The position numbers and the translations under genes were made by a program. A DNA stretch of 60,506 bases, the filler included, from Squatina squatina (lineage: Eukaryota): assembly GCA_031763465.1 (NCBI GenBank). It is 3 parts of 3 records of this genome, joined end to end, with 100 filler letters (N's around TTAATTAATTAA, not from the genome) between each part and the next. Parts side by side here need not be neighbours in the genome. Positions count along the whole stretch, not along the records: positions 22,758 to 46,913 come from JARFOE010000046.1; 2 more parts are not named here. One strand, written 5' to 3'. Shown piece by piece: positions 23,551 to 36,464 of the stretch (its first letter is position 1; every line of letters starts with the position of its first letter). The notes under the pieces are model-generated. The model was not told the DNA's origin, did not search any database, and was given only the letters and a program-made list of their open reading frames with translations.

Positions 23551-25049
23551 AGACCATTGTAACATTCTCATCACAGTGCTTTATTGGCATTCTCTCTTAT
23601 AGCCTATCCCTCACTGGAAAACTCTTAGATTCACTCTGAAAGGCAGCTTTATAGAAACTCTTACTTCTTAGATTTCCAATATGTTTTTCTAAACATTAAT
23701 ATTGGTGCCTAACCAAATAGAAAGAAAAGAAAATAAAGTCTGGGTGGTTTTGTTTTACGGACTCGTTGAATAGCAGGAGCTGAAGTGCAGAAATTAAAAT
23801 TACAGCTAATGATGGTTGCTGATAATAATGAAACCAGGAACAAGCAGTCGAGTGTTTTTTCAGCATTTTTTTTTAATGCTTTTTTTTAAAGTCACTTTGC
23901 AAGTATAGTGACTTTTTGTTGGAGAGTTTAGATCTTTCCACTCCCAGGGCCTGGAGTGAAGGACCTCCTTTATATTCAATTGTACCCAGCTGCACTAAAT
24001 TTACATTACCCAGGAGGTACCAAGGACCTTGGAGAACAGCACCTTAACTCCTGATAGTCCTCTTGCTCTGTGGCTCCTTCTCTGTCACTTTATTTCATTC
24101 TCTCCCCGTTCTTCTTTCATTTCTATTTCNNNNNNNNNNNNNNNNNNNATTTCTCATTGTTTCTCTTTTCTGCTGCTGTCTATCTCCGGTCCCCTCTCTG
24201 TTTCTGTCTTTATGTTTCCCTGTTTTACCTCCTCTCTATTCTCGCTCATCTTCGGTCTCTCATCTTCTCCCTGCATCGGCATTATTCTTTTTCTCATCCC
24301 CCCGCCGCTCTCTTTGATTTTTGTCTCTTCATCTCACTCTCCAGTTCGACCTACTCTCACTGTGTCTGTCCATCTGTTTCTCTCTCTCTCTCACACGCTT
24401 TCCCTTAAAACAAACCGTTAACACGCCAATTATCGTTTTAAAAAAACAACTTACCCCACAGTGTCTGCATCCACCAGTTCAAACGGTTTTCCATAAAGCT
24501 TTCAATCTTGCAATAAAACAAACCATCGCCGCGCTGTTCCAAAGCTGACAAGCTAGACTCCAATTAAAAAAAAACCTCTAGCGTTTGCAAGTTTCAGTAA
24601 ATGTATATTTTATAATTTGGCTGAATAATTTCCAGAATCTGTTGGTGGAAAAAAAACAGGAGAACGATTTAAATGTCACTGTAAGATCCCTCGGCGTTCA
24701 CCTCCCTTGGAAGGTCCCATAAAGTGTCCCAAATGTAAAAGATTCACTGGCACCAGTCATGACTGATTTTATTTTCTATATATACATGGGGTTCTGTCCC
24801 TGAGATTGCGAGCCGGTACGATTCAGCCCCCTGTCAGGTTGGCGGTGCCGGACACACTGTTAGACTCGCTTCAACCCCCTCGACTCAAACTTTCACAGAA
24901 CTTCCACAGCGGCTCTAAACTTTTCACCAATCAGATTGCGAGCTCCGTTGGCTGGTGCCCTCTGCTGGAAACATCGAGTCATTCTCAATGCACTGGAAAT
25001 AAGTTAAATACCACACTGGGCAGGGAACGAGTAAAGCAACAAGCTTTCA

Positions 25050-25460
25050 ACGTCCCATGTTTTCGAAGATGCTGACCGTTGCTGGGATTCCATAGCCACG
25101 AGCCACGATCCATCTTCTCAATTCCATGCTTAGCAACCGACGCTTCCATGTGTTCACTGGCACCCAGAAGAGCAGATATAGGACACTGAACAACGGACTC
25201 CCACAGGGTTCTGTCCTGGTACCCACGTTATCCAACGTTTAAACCAGTGACATGTCCAAAACTGAGTTCCGCAAGTGCATGTATGCTGATGACATTGCCT
25301 TGGCCACGCAATACATGAATCTGTCCATCACTGAGGAGACCCTGGCCAGTGATTTACAGAGGATGGAGACCCACATCCGCTGATGGCAACTTTGGCCAAC
25401 TCGCAAATGACCGTCCACCTCAACACCCAAGCAAACCAAAATTTGAGACTCTCCTTTTGT
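25050..25460 (+). mobile_element. Non-LTR RT fragment, I-group (Vingi/Ingi-like)
   Basis: LLNSMLSNRRFHVFTGTQKSRYRTLNNGLPQGSVLVPTLSNV*TSDMSKTEFRKCMYADDIALATQ has the PQGS and YADD motifs with internal stops. Confidence 0.7.
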
Positions 25461-25934
25461 NNNNNNNNNNNNNNNNNNNNNNNNNNNNNNNNNNNNNNNN
25501 NNNNNNNNNNNNNNNNNNNNNNNNNNNNNNNNNNNNNNNNNNNNNNNNNNNNNNNNNNNNCCATGGAACCTATCTCGCCCACTTAGCACCGTACCCATTT
25601 ACTGACTTTAAGCCCGATTTGGACCCCACGTGAAAAAAAATTTAAAGAGAATAATTCCGCACTTTAAGACAGAAAGGGCGCACAAAATAAGTCTTTTGGG
25701 TTGCTTAAGTTACCAGCGCAGCGCAAACCAATTGGGCCCCCCTTGTTTATTTTCAAAGTTCAACTTACTTTTTAAAAAAAAATTAGGATGAGGAAAGACA
25801 TTGCCAGTCTGACTCTCTGTTTCATAGGTGTTAGGAGTAAAAATCTGTCTCACAGGTGTAAGCAATTAGGAATGACCTTTTCTAATTGCCAGCAACTGTC
25901 GAGCTTACGTTGAGCACCATGGTTCACTCCTCCA

Positions 25935-26533
25935 TCACCTCCAACACTCACTCCCCTTCCCACGGCACCTTCCCGTGCAAGCACAGGAAATGTAACACTT
26001 GCCCTTTTACCTCCTCCCTTCCTACCATCCAGAGCCCCAAACATTCCTTCCAGGTGTACTTCTTTCAATTTAATGTACTGTCTTCACTGCTCATGATGCG
26101 TTCTCCTCTTCATTGTGGGGACCAAACACAGATTGAGTGATTGCTTTGTGGAACACTTCCGTTTAGTCCGCAAGCATGACCCCGAGCTTTCGGTTGCCTG
26201 TCACTTTAATTCTTTGGACCACTCCCACTCTACCCTCTCTGTCCTGGGCCTCCTACACTGTTCCAATGAAGCTCAACGTATGCTCGAGAAACAGTGCCTT
26301 ATCTATCTATTTGGCACTTTACAACCTTGTGGACTCACCACTGAGTTTAACAATTTCAGATTATAACCTCTGCCCCCATTTTTTCAGGAGACAGTTATTA
26401 CTCATGATTCTGATATTCCTGTTTAACACCCTCTCTCGACCAATCTTTTGTTTCTTTACTTGTCGCTTTACCATCTCCTTTCTGCCTTGCACCATCATCC
26501 CTTTGTCATTTAACCTGTCCTGCCTTCCACCTT
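25935..26533 (+). mobile_element. Penelope-like element: decayed GIY-YIG endonuclease end and 3' region
   Basis: HGTFPCKHRKCNTCPF...; TKHRLSDCFVEHFRLVRKHDPELSVACHFNSLDHSHSTLSVLGL...RMLEKQCLIYLFGTLQPCGLTTEFNNFR. Confidence 0.85.
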
Positions 26534-26721
26534 NNNNNNNNNNNNNNNNNNNNNNNNNNNNNNNNNNNNNNNNNNNNNNNNNNNNNNNNNNNNNNNNNNN
26601 NNNNNNNNNNNNNNNNNNNNNNNNNNNNNNNNNACTGACCAGCTCAACTCACTGATTGAAGCAGCATTCAAAGCGTTGGTGCCGGTTGGAAACACGACCC
26701 CGTCCAGCGTTGTCTCAGGAC

Positions 26722-27134
26722 ATGGATGGATCAAACCAAAGCACTGGAGGAAGCTGGCGGCTGAACGCTTCTGAGGGTTTGGGCATGCCGAATATCTCCT
26801 CGGACATCGCTGCCGGGGGGCTTCTGGACGACGCCACCGTGATGCACATTTTGCCCTCGGTCTATGGGATCCTGTGCATCGTCGGGGTCGGGGCCAACAG
26901 CCTGGTCATCTACACGCTGCTGGCGTGCAAAACCAGAGGGGTGTCCGACATCTATGTGCTCAGCCTGGCCATCGCCGACTTGCTGTTCCTGTTGGGGATG
27001 CCCTTCACGATCCATCAGCTGGTCAGGGACAGGCAGTGGGTCTTCGGACAGTTCATGTGCAAGACGGTAACGGTCATGGATGTCACCAACCAGTTCACTA
27101 CAGTGGGCATCATTACCGTCCTGTGTATAGACAG
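26722..27134 (+). CDS. Melanin-concentrating hormone receptor family GPCR (MCHR2-like), exon 1
   Basis: ATG at 26722. The N-terminus has NQS/NAS/NIS sequons. TM1-TM3 include LPSVYG, DIYVLSLAIADLLFLLGMPFTIHQL, WVFG..MCK, D3.32 and Q3.36. It ends GAC AG|gtaaga (intron inside DRY) and is CpG-rich. Confidence 0.92.
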
Positions 27135-27914
27135 GTAAGACAATGGGGGACGCTCGAGTTACAGGTTGGATCTGCAAAAATCCCCTGTTCCTCTCCCCCT
27201 CTCCCCCCCAAAAAATTCCATGTGCTCCCCAAAATCTTCAAAGTTAGCCAATTTTGAATTAGCATTTTACGAGAGAGAACAATAGTGTGCTATTTTTGTT
27301 ATGATGATCATTCTGTACCAAGAACATGATGGCCTTTACTGGAAAGTATATGGTAATTTACGAATACCAACTTATCTCCTAACAACTCTGGAACATCTAC
27401 CTTCATATATAGTTTTTTATTGATAGTCTCTGAGTACCTACCTCGGGTGCAGATCTGTTCTCTGGAGCTTGATTGGGATGAAGTTGGTTGATGATCAGCA
27501 ACCTGGCCACTTGTTGCAAAAACAGAAATCAGGAGAACAGATTCTGTGCTTAAACGAGCCCTGTGAATCCATGCGATGCAGTGAAGGTAATGAAATAGGT
27601 GAACATTTCCAGCAGTTTAACAGGGATACATTACAGAGAACGGTGATATAATGAGAACGGTGGCACTGATTACCAAACTGGGGTCCCCAAACACGATAGT
27701 TTGTTCACAAGGGAATCTCATGGGGGTGGGGGTGGGGAGCGGGGAGCGGTTCACAAGACTTGTCTGTCTGTCATCAGATTTCTTTATTTGTTGACTTACT
27801 AGTAAGTAATTTCTGTTGCTATATACAACTGAGAGTTTTTATTGCAGTGTTTTTGTTGCACCATTGTACTTTGTTGGTTGACACTTTCAGAATTTAAGAG
27901 AGGGGTCCTTGGGA

Positions 27915-28064
27915 ATGTGCTCGCTGACCTACACTGGCTCCCGGTTAAGCAACGCCTCGATATCAAAATTCTCACCCTTGTTTTCAAATCCTTCCATGGC
28001 CTCGCCCCTCCCTATCTCTGTAACCTCCTCCAGCCCCACAACCCTCTGAGATATCTGCGCTCCT
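27915..28064 (+). mobile_element. L2 LINE ORF2 C-terminal fragment in the GPCR intron
   Basis: VLADLHWLPVKQRLDIKILTLVFKSFHGLAPPYLCNLLQP. Confidence 0.85.
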
Positions 28065-28382
28065 NNNNNNNNNNNNNNNNNNNNNNNNNNNNNNNNNNNN
28101 NNNNNNNNNNNNNNNNNNNNNNNNNNNNNNNNNNNNNNNNNNNNNNNNNNNNNNNNNNNNNNNNTGCAGTAATTCTGACACACGAGTACCACAAGGGCAG
28201 TGTTACTGCAGTTAATCTCATTGTATTAGTTACATCAAAGATTGTAAATGCAGCAAGTCCAGCAGGTCAGCACAGTGATACTGTAGTAATCCCAGTGGGC
28301 TAGTGCAGTGTTACTGCAATAATCGCAGCAAGTCAGTATTGTACAGAGAACCCTAACCAGTGAATTTTTTGTTCTTTGCCAG

Positions 28383-29025
28383 GTACATTGCAATAGTTCA
28401 CCCCACCACGGAGAAAAGGACCATCCGTCGGACAGTGCTAGTGAACGCTCTCGTGTGGCTCGGCAGTTTGTTGCTGACAGTCCCAGTCATGTTATATTCC
28501 AGGACTATCCAGATGGGAGACTCTGAAGTATGTGCTCTGGACCTGCCTTCTGGAACGAAGGACATGTACTGGTATACACTCTATCAGTCTGTATTGGGAT
28601 TTATTATTCCTCTGATTATTATAAGTACTTTCTACTCCATGACTCTCTTTCATGTCTTTAAATCGCTCAGAAGAGTGGGCAGAAAGCAATCAGTACAGGC
28701 AAAGAGGGCGACAAAAACTGTTCTCATGGTGATAGCCGTCTTTTTGGTGTGTTGGTTACCTTTTCATGTGATGCAGGTGCTCAATTTAACCTCCATGCCC
28801 CCCACCTTACTGTTTCTTTACATCTACCATATCAGCATCTGTCTGAGCTATGCCCACAGCTGCATCAACCCTCTTCTGCTCCTGTTCTTCACAAAGAATT
28901 TCCAGGAGCGCTTGTGTGGTACTGTGACAAAGAGCAGCTCCACCTCTCATGTCAAGTTGACCACCACTCGAAGAGGTGGGACCTGCGAAAGTGTGGAAAT
29001 TGAGTGTAAAAGCTCAGTCCTCTGA
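28383..29025 (+). CDS. MCHR2-like GPCR, exon 2 (TM4-TM7, C-tail); joined CDS 1056 nt / 351 aa
   Basis: ttctttgccag|G TAC completes DRY in frame. Contains YWYTLYQSVLGFIIP, CWLPFH and ISICLSYAHSCINPLLL; TGA ends at 29025. Confidence 0.92.
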
Positions 29026-29255
29026 GAAAGTGGCACGTATTTAAGTAATCTTAAAGCCAGCATTGTTCACACTGTAATAAAAACAAAAAATGCTGGGAGC
29101 ACTCAGCATCCATGGAGAGAGAAACAGAGTTCACATTTCAGGCCAATGACATAGGNNNNNNNNNNNNNNNNNNNNNNNNNNNNNNNNNNNNNNNNNNNNN
29201 NNNNNNNNNNNNNNNNNNNNNNNNNNNNNNNNNNNNNNNNNNNNNNNNNNNNNNN

Positions 29256-30890
29256 AAAGCCTGCACTCAATGTCAAGGAGCATGGGGGAATCCCAGATGC
29301 AACTTGGTACAGAACTTGGAGCCCATCCTTTCCCAGATGGAATGGGCGGTCATCTCCATCAGCACACCTGTGGAACCCACCATGATGCAGCATCTGATGT
29401 CATGAGTCTGCTGTCCTCTCTCAGATGACAGTATTCCTGCTCCCACCCTGCTACACTGTCAGTGCCCTTCCTGTTGCCTGTCAGCCAGCCAGCCCAGACT
29501 GCTGCAACCCAGGCTGAAATGGTGCAGTTTGAAGCCATTTCTTCCAGGCCCAGAGCTGCTTGAGGTCATCCTGCAAACCCATCTGCAGTCTCCTCAATTG
29601 AAAGTCAACAACCTTCCACCACCTATGATGCAGCCACTCGTGAAGCACCTTGTCGGACCACTAAGAGAGGCAAAGGAAACAGGCACCAAAGGAATGTACA
29701 AGGGTGATTAGTTAATTTTGTATCCATTATGTCATGATTGGATTAGAATGTGCATTTTCTGGAGGCTTTAATATTTGTTTTGTCGGAAAGAGGATGATAT
29801 GATGGCCAGTGATAGAGAAAAGGTAAAGTATGTGGGACTTCTGGTACATGGGGAGGTATGGATNNNNNNNNNNNNNNNNNNNNNNNNNNNNNNNNNNNNN
29901 NNNNNNNNNNNNNNNNNNNNNNNNNNNNNNNNNNNNNNNNNNNNNNNNNNNNNNNNNNNNNNNGCGGCATAGTGGGAAACATTCGAAATGTCCCCTGTGG
30001 TGCCTTGAAATGAGCCATTGGCAAAGAAATTCAAAGCGATTGTGACCTTCACTGCCATGGAGAAAGTCGTTCTGGCCCTCGTATGTGGCTGAAGGTCTGC
30101 TTCTAGCATATGGCAGACCTCGGTGATGACAGCCTTTCTAAAGCGCAGACTTCGAAGACATTGCTCCTCACTGAAGTTGAGGTATGAAAACTGCTGACGG
30201 AAGACTCTGAGAGCATATGGCCTCCTGTTGGCCATCATGTGCCTTCTCCCTCCATTGGCAGGATGTTGCTGAGCATCTTGCTGTGCAGGGTCATGTGGGT
30301 GAGCCTGTGCAGGGCCAGCTCCCTGTGCCTCAGCCTCTTGATGTTCACCCCTTGCAGCATTCTGTAGTCACCTCATGTCCCTCCGTTGCTGCTGACGCCT
30401 CTGCCTTCGTCTCAGATACGTCATGGAGGTGGTGCTGATGCAGCAGCCAGTCAATGGCCAGAGCACCACTCATGGTTGCAAATCCCCCTTAACATGCTCA
30501 ATATCCCAATGGCTGAAATCCACAGAACGAACGAGTCTTCCAAATCCAGTATTGGGCCCCAACTACAAAACAGTTGGCAATACAAAATGGAGCCCATGAC
30601 GCGCCCTTTAAATACAGGCAGCACCACGATTTCTCAGCAATGACAGTGCCCCCGTTTTGCATCAGGTGCGCTGACCAATTTGGGGTCGTTAGCGCACATT
30701 CGGCGATGCGCACTGTCATGACATCGCCATCACCATGTGCCGCCACTGGCGAAATGCGGCCCAAACCTCTTTTGAGGTCACCAAAAAGCAAGACCAGTTC
30801 CCCAAATGATGCAGGTAGTGCCGCCAGCGGACACAAAAGGCTTAGTGCCATGTTAGCGCTGATTTCCCGGAGATTTCAGCAGACCAATTG
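29256..30890 (-). mobile_element. PIF/Harbinger DNA transposon remnant
   Basis: Minus-strand transposase N-terminus RPY..RVFRQQFSYLNFSEEQCLRSLRFRKAVITEVCHML...AVKVTIALNFFANGSFQGTTGDISNVSH (HARBI1-like, 29964-30238). A convergent decayed low-complexity frame lies at 29256-29710, and a CpG-rich terminal region runs to ~30890. Confidence 0.8.
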
Positions 30891-31374
30891 GAACCTCTAT
30901 ATAATGTTCGTTCATTCTCTGTGGGACAATACTTCAGCCTTACATCTGCTAATGGATAAGAGGGAGTTTGTTTTAAAGGAGCCAGCCACAAATTGCATGA
31001 AATGTTAACCCAAAACAGGTGGTGGTCTCATCAGGCTGTTGCCAGGGATCAGATACAGCTGTAAAATTTTCAAACTAACAGCCTTCAAATTGATAAAATG
31101 AATCAAATTGAAGCTCTTTCCTTAGATATCACAATAATTATGGGTTGGCTGAATTTAGTTTAAATAATAAAATGTGTTTGAAGAGTTATAACCAAACACT
31201 ACTTAACAGGGAATCTAGTTTTAAAACACAAAATATGCTGGGTAGTTTTAAATTGTTGATTGGATTATGAAGCCCCTTTAGTTGAAAAAACATTACACCA
31301 TTCCAGACAAAGGAATATCAAGCAACTAAAAGAATAATACAACTCCCCTCTCTGTGCTGCAGACAGCACACCAA

Positions 31375-31500
31375 AGGTATTAAGGGATCTAGGGCAAAGG
31401 TGGGTATTTGGAGTTAGGTCGCAGATCAGCCATGATCTCATTGAATGGTGGAACAGGCTCGAGGGGTTAAATGGCCTGCTCCTGTTCCTGCTCTTTGGGC
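31375..31500 (+). mobile_element. CR1 3' end
   Basis: ggtattaagggat...gatcagccatgatctcattgaatggtggaacaggctcgagggg...cctgctcctgttcct. Confidence 0.8.
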
Positions 31501-34500
31501 CTNNNNNNNNNNNNNNNNNNNNNNNNNNNNNNNNNNNNNNNNNNNNNNNNNNNNNNNNNNNNNNNNNNNNNNNNNNNNNNNNNNNNNNNNNNNNNNNNNN
31601 NNAGGCTTCTCCCCTCTATCTCATCTCTGTTTTCCAGAAGTTCCCACTTACTCTGTCTGCCTCTCAAAGGCTGTTCCTGCTCATAGCTTCCTTACATGTT
31701 GGCTTTGATATTTCGCTTCCACTCAGTCTAGTTGCCTGTGTCATAGTTTGTCAAAAGCATTTCAACTGAACTGCTTCCCTCAGTTTGTTCACAGTTTAAA
31801 CAATCAAGTCTAAAACCACAAGCTCGATTTAAAAAAAAATTACAACCAGGTTCTTTCATTTATAAAGGCCAGAAACAAAATTAGTTCAAAAACTGAGAGC
31901 TTATTTTTTTAAAAGGTGCAAGCATTTCATTTCATATTTACAGATATAGGACTTAGACAGCTATCTCATTATATTATACCTGATGATTATATCATGGTTG
32001 TTTATGGTTCCATCCACTGCAACTGTTTAATCCTAGTATAAAATAACAGATGCAACCTCCAAAAGCATTACAAAATAAATATGAAAGTTTGAATTACATT
32101 GTGTATATAACATTAAAGCCACTCGCGTCAGACTCAGAGAAGTTAGCATATTCTGAAACACAGAAAAAAACCAGTTGGAAAAATGTTACATCCCTTGCAT
32201 GCAAAATGAAAGCACAATGACCTAAATCATTAACATGTCTCCACAGCAACAGCAATATCTTCATATTGCCCAATAAAATCAATGTTAAGCCCAAGAATAC
32301 ATTCAGACTATAGGTACTGTCTTCCACAAGCACCAAAAACATTAAGTATAGAAATAGATTCGACAACAAACTACAGTGTTGATCTCTATGACAACTTCTA
32401 AATCTACAATAAATAAAGAAAAATGCCACTGTCTGCTCTGATTAAATTAGCGATCCCATGCTGTCTGTCCCAGTTACACAACCTGCTCTCGTGCAAATTG
32501 GAGACAGATGAGCCTGGGAGTCGAAGGGAAGCGCACTGTTCCTCAGTCAGATTTGAATGAAAAATTAAAATCATTGCAACATTCTGTTAATCTACAGATC
32601 CTGACCTTCAGGGCTTGCAAAATGCAAGAGAATAAAAAAGACAAGAATGATTTGTGCTGTCACACTCAATGAAACCTCCATCCTGTTAGCATTTTACTGA
32701 CTGCTCTGAACATTTTTCACAAATTAATCTCAAAAGCCTCCAGCTTCTACCATTCAAGTGATTAAATGTACTGGATATGTGAATACATGTTAAAATTATA
32801 AATGTAAAAACCATGTCACTGTTTATTACATTTGAAATGTTAGCTTGGAGTTGCTAATGAATTAAGCATTCTGAGGGTAAAGCTTGATGGAATCCAGGCA
32901 ACAGAGAGAGTGCCAGATTCTTGACTCTTTTGGGGATGGTTGATGTCTATCTTCTTCCCCTGTTTGTGAATCAGAGTAAAACTCCTTTCTCTTTTCTCTG
33001 TTTTGTCCTTCCTGATTTCTTTCTGCATGCGCCGCGANNNNNNNNNNNNNNNNNNNNNNNNNNNNNNNNNNNNNNNNNNNNNNNNNNNNNNNNNNNNNNN
33101 NNNNNNNNNNNNNNNNNNNNNNNNNNNNNNNNNNNNNTAAAAATGTTTTTGAAAACCAACTCCACAGGCCCATAAGAACCACTTTGTCAAAGTCCATAAC
33201 TTCAGCTGCTGTGTGAATTATCCTGGCAGTTACTGTGATGAATACAGTGTGGTTTTGCAGGCTGCACCAGCAACTCAGCCTTGTATGAACATCCACCAGT
33301 ATAAATTGCAACTGATGATATACAAGTTTTGTATTGGATCTTTCTGAACCCAAGATCCCCACATTTATCTTCAATACCACTCTGCATTTACTTAATGTCT
33401 TATCATGTTGAAACGTTCCAAAATGCTACACACAAGCAAATACTCTGAAGTACAGGACTGTTATTATGGAGGCAAGCACAGCAGCCATTTTTGAACCAGC
33501 GGCAATGAGAAAAAAAACAACTGTTTATTCTCTTCTTATTCGTGGTATTGGATGAAAAAATAATTCCCTGCTCTTCTCTGAATAGTACCAGGTGACCTTT
33601 AACATCCATCTGAAATCACCTGCATAGTCAGGCAAGATCTCAGTTTAACGTCCATCTGAATGGGGTTGTGAGGAAAGTAGAATTGTCATCCTACGAGACA
33701 CGCATGTACATCATTTTAAAGTTGCATACTTTTAACACTGGCTTGCTGCATCATCCCATAGAGGCCTTTAGAACACAAGAAAGGTCATTCATCCATAGAT
33801 CATATACCATCTGGACTTTAGCTAACATGTTCAATCTCTTGAGGGAAGGTTCTGCAAGGTTTCTCTCCAGTCCCGAAGGCAATGAAACAAAATTCCAGGA
33901 TAACTGTCCAACCATATTATTTATCTTTGAACAGATCCTTTCGATAGTACAAAGTTTCCACAGCCTTGGCTGCTGAGGAACAGTTGCAATTGATGTGGCA
34001 GCTGCTTAAGTCTATCTATATTTATCCCTATTAACCTTCTGTCCAGATATCAATCGACTTAATTTTTGCAGGACTTAATCAGCGTAGCATTAGTGGTGCT
34101 CTACTCTGTGGGGCACGTGGAAGGGCAAAAAATCTTTGTACGATTTTTAGGAAGTGGAGGCTTATTAGTTTTGTTTCTATCTTTTCCCAGCCCGTGTACA
34201 CTGTCCATGCCTCTCAAAATCTTAAGGATCTGTATATTTGTAGAGCTTCTTGCACTAATGCTTCTCAAACACTGTAATTTATTGCCTAGGTCTGGCTCTC
34301 TCCTTTATACAAATGGATATATGATTAAAGGAATGCTGAGATATCTAAAACCAACACAGCCTTATCAGTAAAGGACCTAAAGTAAATCCTCAGAAAACCA
34401 TATGTCCTGGGGGGAGGGCTTCTGAAGGGGCTCCAGCAGTAAACTGGCGATAACCATCTCACATCACTTTTATTTTACTATGTTTGTCTTCTGACTTCAT

Positions 34501-36254
34501 AAACAGAGTGAAAAATCCTCAAAGCTCAGCAGACACACTTGAGTTTTTAAAAAAAGACAGCTTGGAACAATGTGAGGACAGAATAAACCTTCTGCAACTG
34601 GTGGGAACAAGGCAAGAATCCAAGTCATGAATAATGCCACTGAAGTTGACTATGTTCGTTGAACAAATGGCAGATTATTACAGTCTGCAAAGACCTGTGA
34701 AGATGTGGCAATTACAATCAAAATAACTGAACACACCAAGGGACAAGAATTCAACAGGTCTTACCACTAGAATTACTGTCAGCTCAAAAGTAAGATTGTA
34801 AAAAAAACTTTACATTTCAAAATCTATCAATTATCTTTCAATAAGAAGTCAAAGGGCAACTTCTATTCCCATTGAGAATGTACTTCTCTCAGTCTTTCCT
34901 TACTTCTATAATCTTCAGGTTTTTNNNNNNNNNNNNNNNNNNNNNNNNNNNNNNNNNNNNNNNNNNNNNNNNNNNNNNNNNNNNNNNNNNNNNNNNNNNN
35001 NNNNNNNNNNNNNNNNNNNNNNNNCAGAGGTACAAAAGACAGGCTTCCTCTTACCTGCTCAGGTAAGATTGTCTGGATCGGTAAATGCAGATCCTGGGGT
35101 CAGGACAAGTGTGTACAGACCATCTGAGGCATCTCCGCTTGTCCTGAGGAACTGCTCTTCATCCTTCAAGCTGAGGAGCACCATAGAAACCCCCACAAGA
35201 ATTCCCATCCTTCCCACTTTGTTTGCTGCAAGTGAAATAGCAGTTTGAAGCAAGATGGTTGTAGGAAATGGAAAGAAAATGGAAAGATTGGGTAAAACTA
35301 TAAGGAAAAAACCCTGAACTTTGAATCTAACTTCTCAACAGCCAGCTCTTAAAAGCACATCTGGACAGTCATGTGCCTGTTTTATATGCGCAAGCTGCAC
35401 TGTGTGAGGAGAGGTCTGGCAGAAACATAAAATCCGTTGTGGGACCTGCTTGCATTGGATTCACAGTTGTAAATGGTAGCATGACCTCAAAATATTGTAA
35501 ACCTTTCTGAATTGCGAAATGCGGTGAGGTGCAAATCAGGAGCGCAGGCCACCGAGTCCAATTCTATGACTTGTACAGCGCTGCAAAATTTACCTTTTTG
35601 TATATACACATTGATCCTGAGTGGCAGTAACACATGCTCTAAGTGCCCATTTATACTGTAACCGCATCAGTGCAGACATTGTATAAGAAACCTTAAGTAA
35701 TGCTTTGATACAGAACAAATTGCTTCCAACCTGATGATGAATGGCAGGGAGCTGGGAGCGTGTTACAAAAAGGGTGACAGAGCCAGGTGTGTAATGAATG
35801 GACACCCTTCAGTGAATTTAACTTTTTTGGGGTTAAGGTGATGATCACATACTGCTCAGGTTTCCCTCTCGATCTATGATGTTACCTAAACCCCACTTAG
35901 ATTGCAGCCTTGTACTTACACCAAGCTCTGTACCCTTCCTTATAATATATACATGACTTGCTGGTGAACATTCCTGTTATATATTGTGGTGATGTTGCAA
36001 CTTCAATCAATCTGACTGAGGAGCTTAACAGTGAGCAGACCTGCTGAGAATCGTTCATTGGAAGTGGCAACCAATCATCTTGATTTAAAATGTTTTTGAT
36101 GCCCGTCACATTCAGTTATAGATCCAGCTACATATATTTAAATGAATTTACAGTCAATATCTTGCCCGTCTGTCAAAAATGGCACCCCAGCGCTTGTTGA
36201 TATTGACAGCTCTGGGCAAATGGGAACCGACTGGAGTAATGAGAGCCAACAGGT

Positions 36255-36464
36255 TCGATAAGGTAGACATAGAGTAAAAGTTTCCACTTGTGTGGGAACC
36301 CAAAACTAGGAGCCACAAATATAAGATAGTCACTAATAAATGCAATGAGGAATTCGGAAGAAACTTCTTTACTCAGACAGTGGTTGGAATGTGGAACTTG
36401 CTGCAACGTGGAGTGGTTGAGATGAATAGCATTTACAAGAATGCTAGATGAATGGGAAAGGAAT
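36255..36464 (+). mobile_element. CR1 ORF2 C-terminal fragment
   Basis: ...aaactaggagccacaaatataag...aaacttctttactcagacagtggttggaatgtggaac (RNFFTQ.VV..WN motif). Confidence 0.75.

Noticed and set aside
24029-24421. Hydrophobic 130-aa membrane-protein ORF
   Set aside because: It is a CT-rich low-complexity tract giving Leu/Ser/Phe in all three frames.
26731-27257. Overlapping antisense and alternative-frame ORFs over GPCR exon 1
   Set aside because: These are shadow ORFs expected from GC-rich codon usage, with no recognisable motifs.
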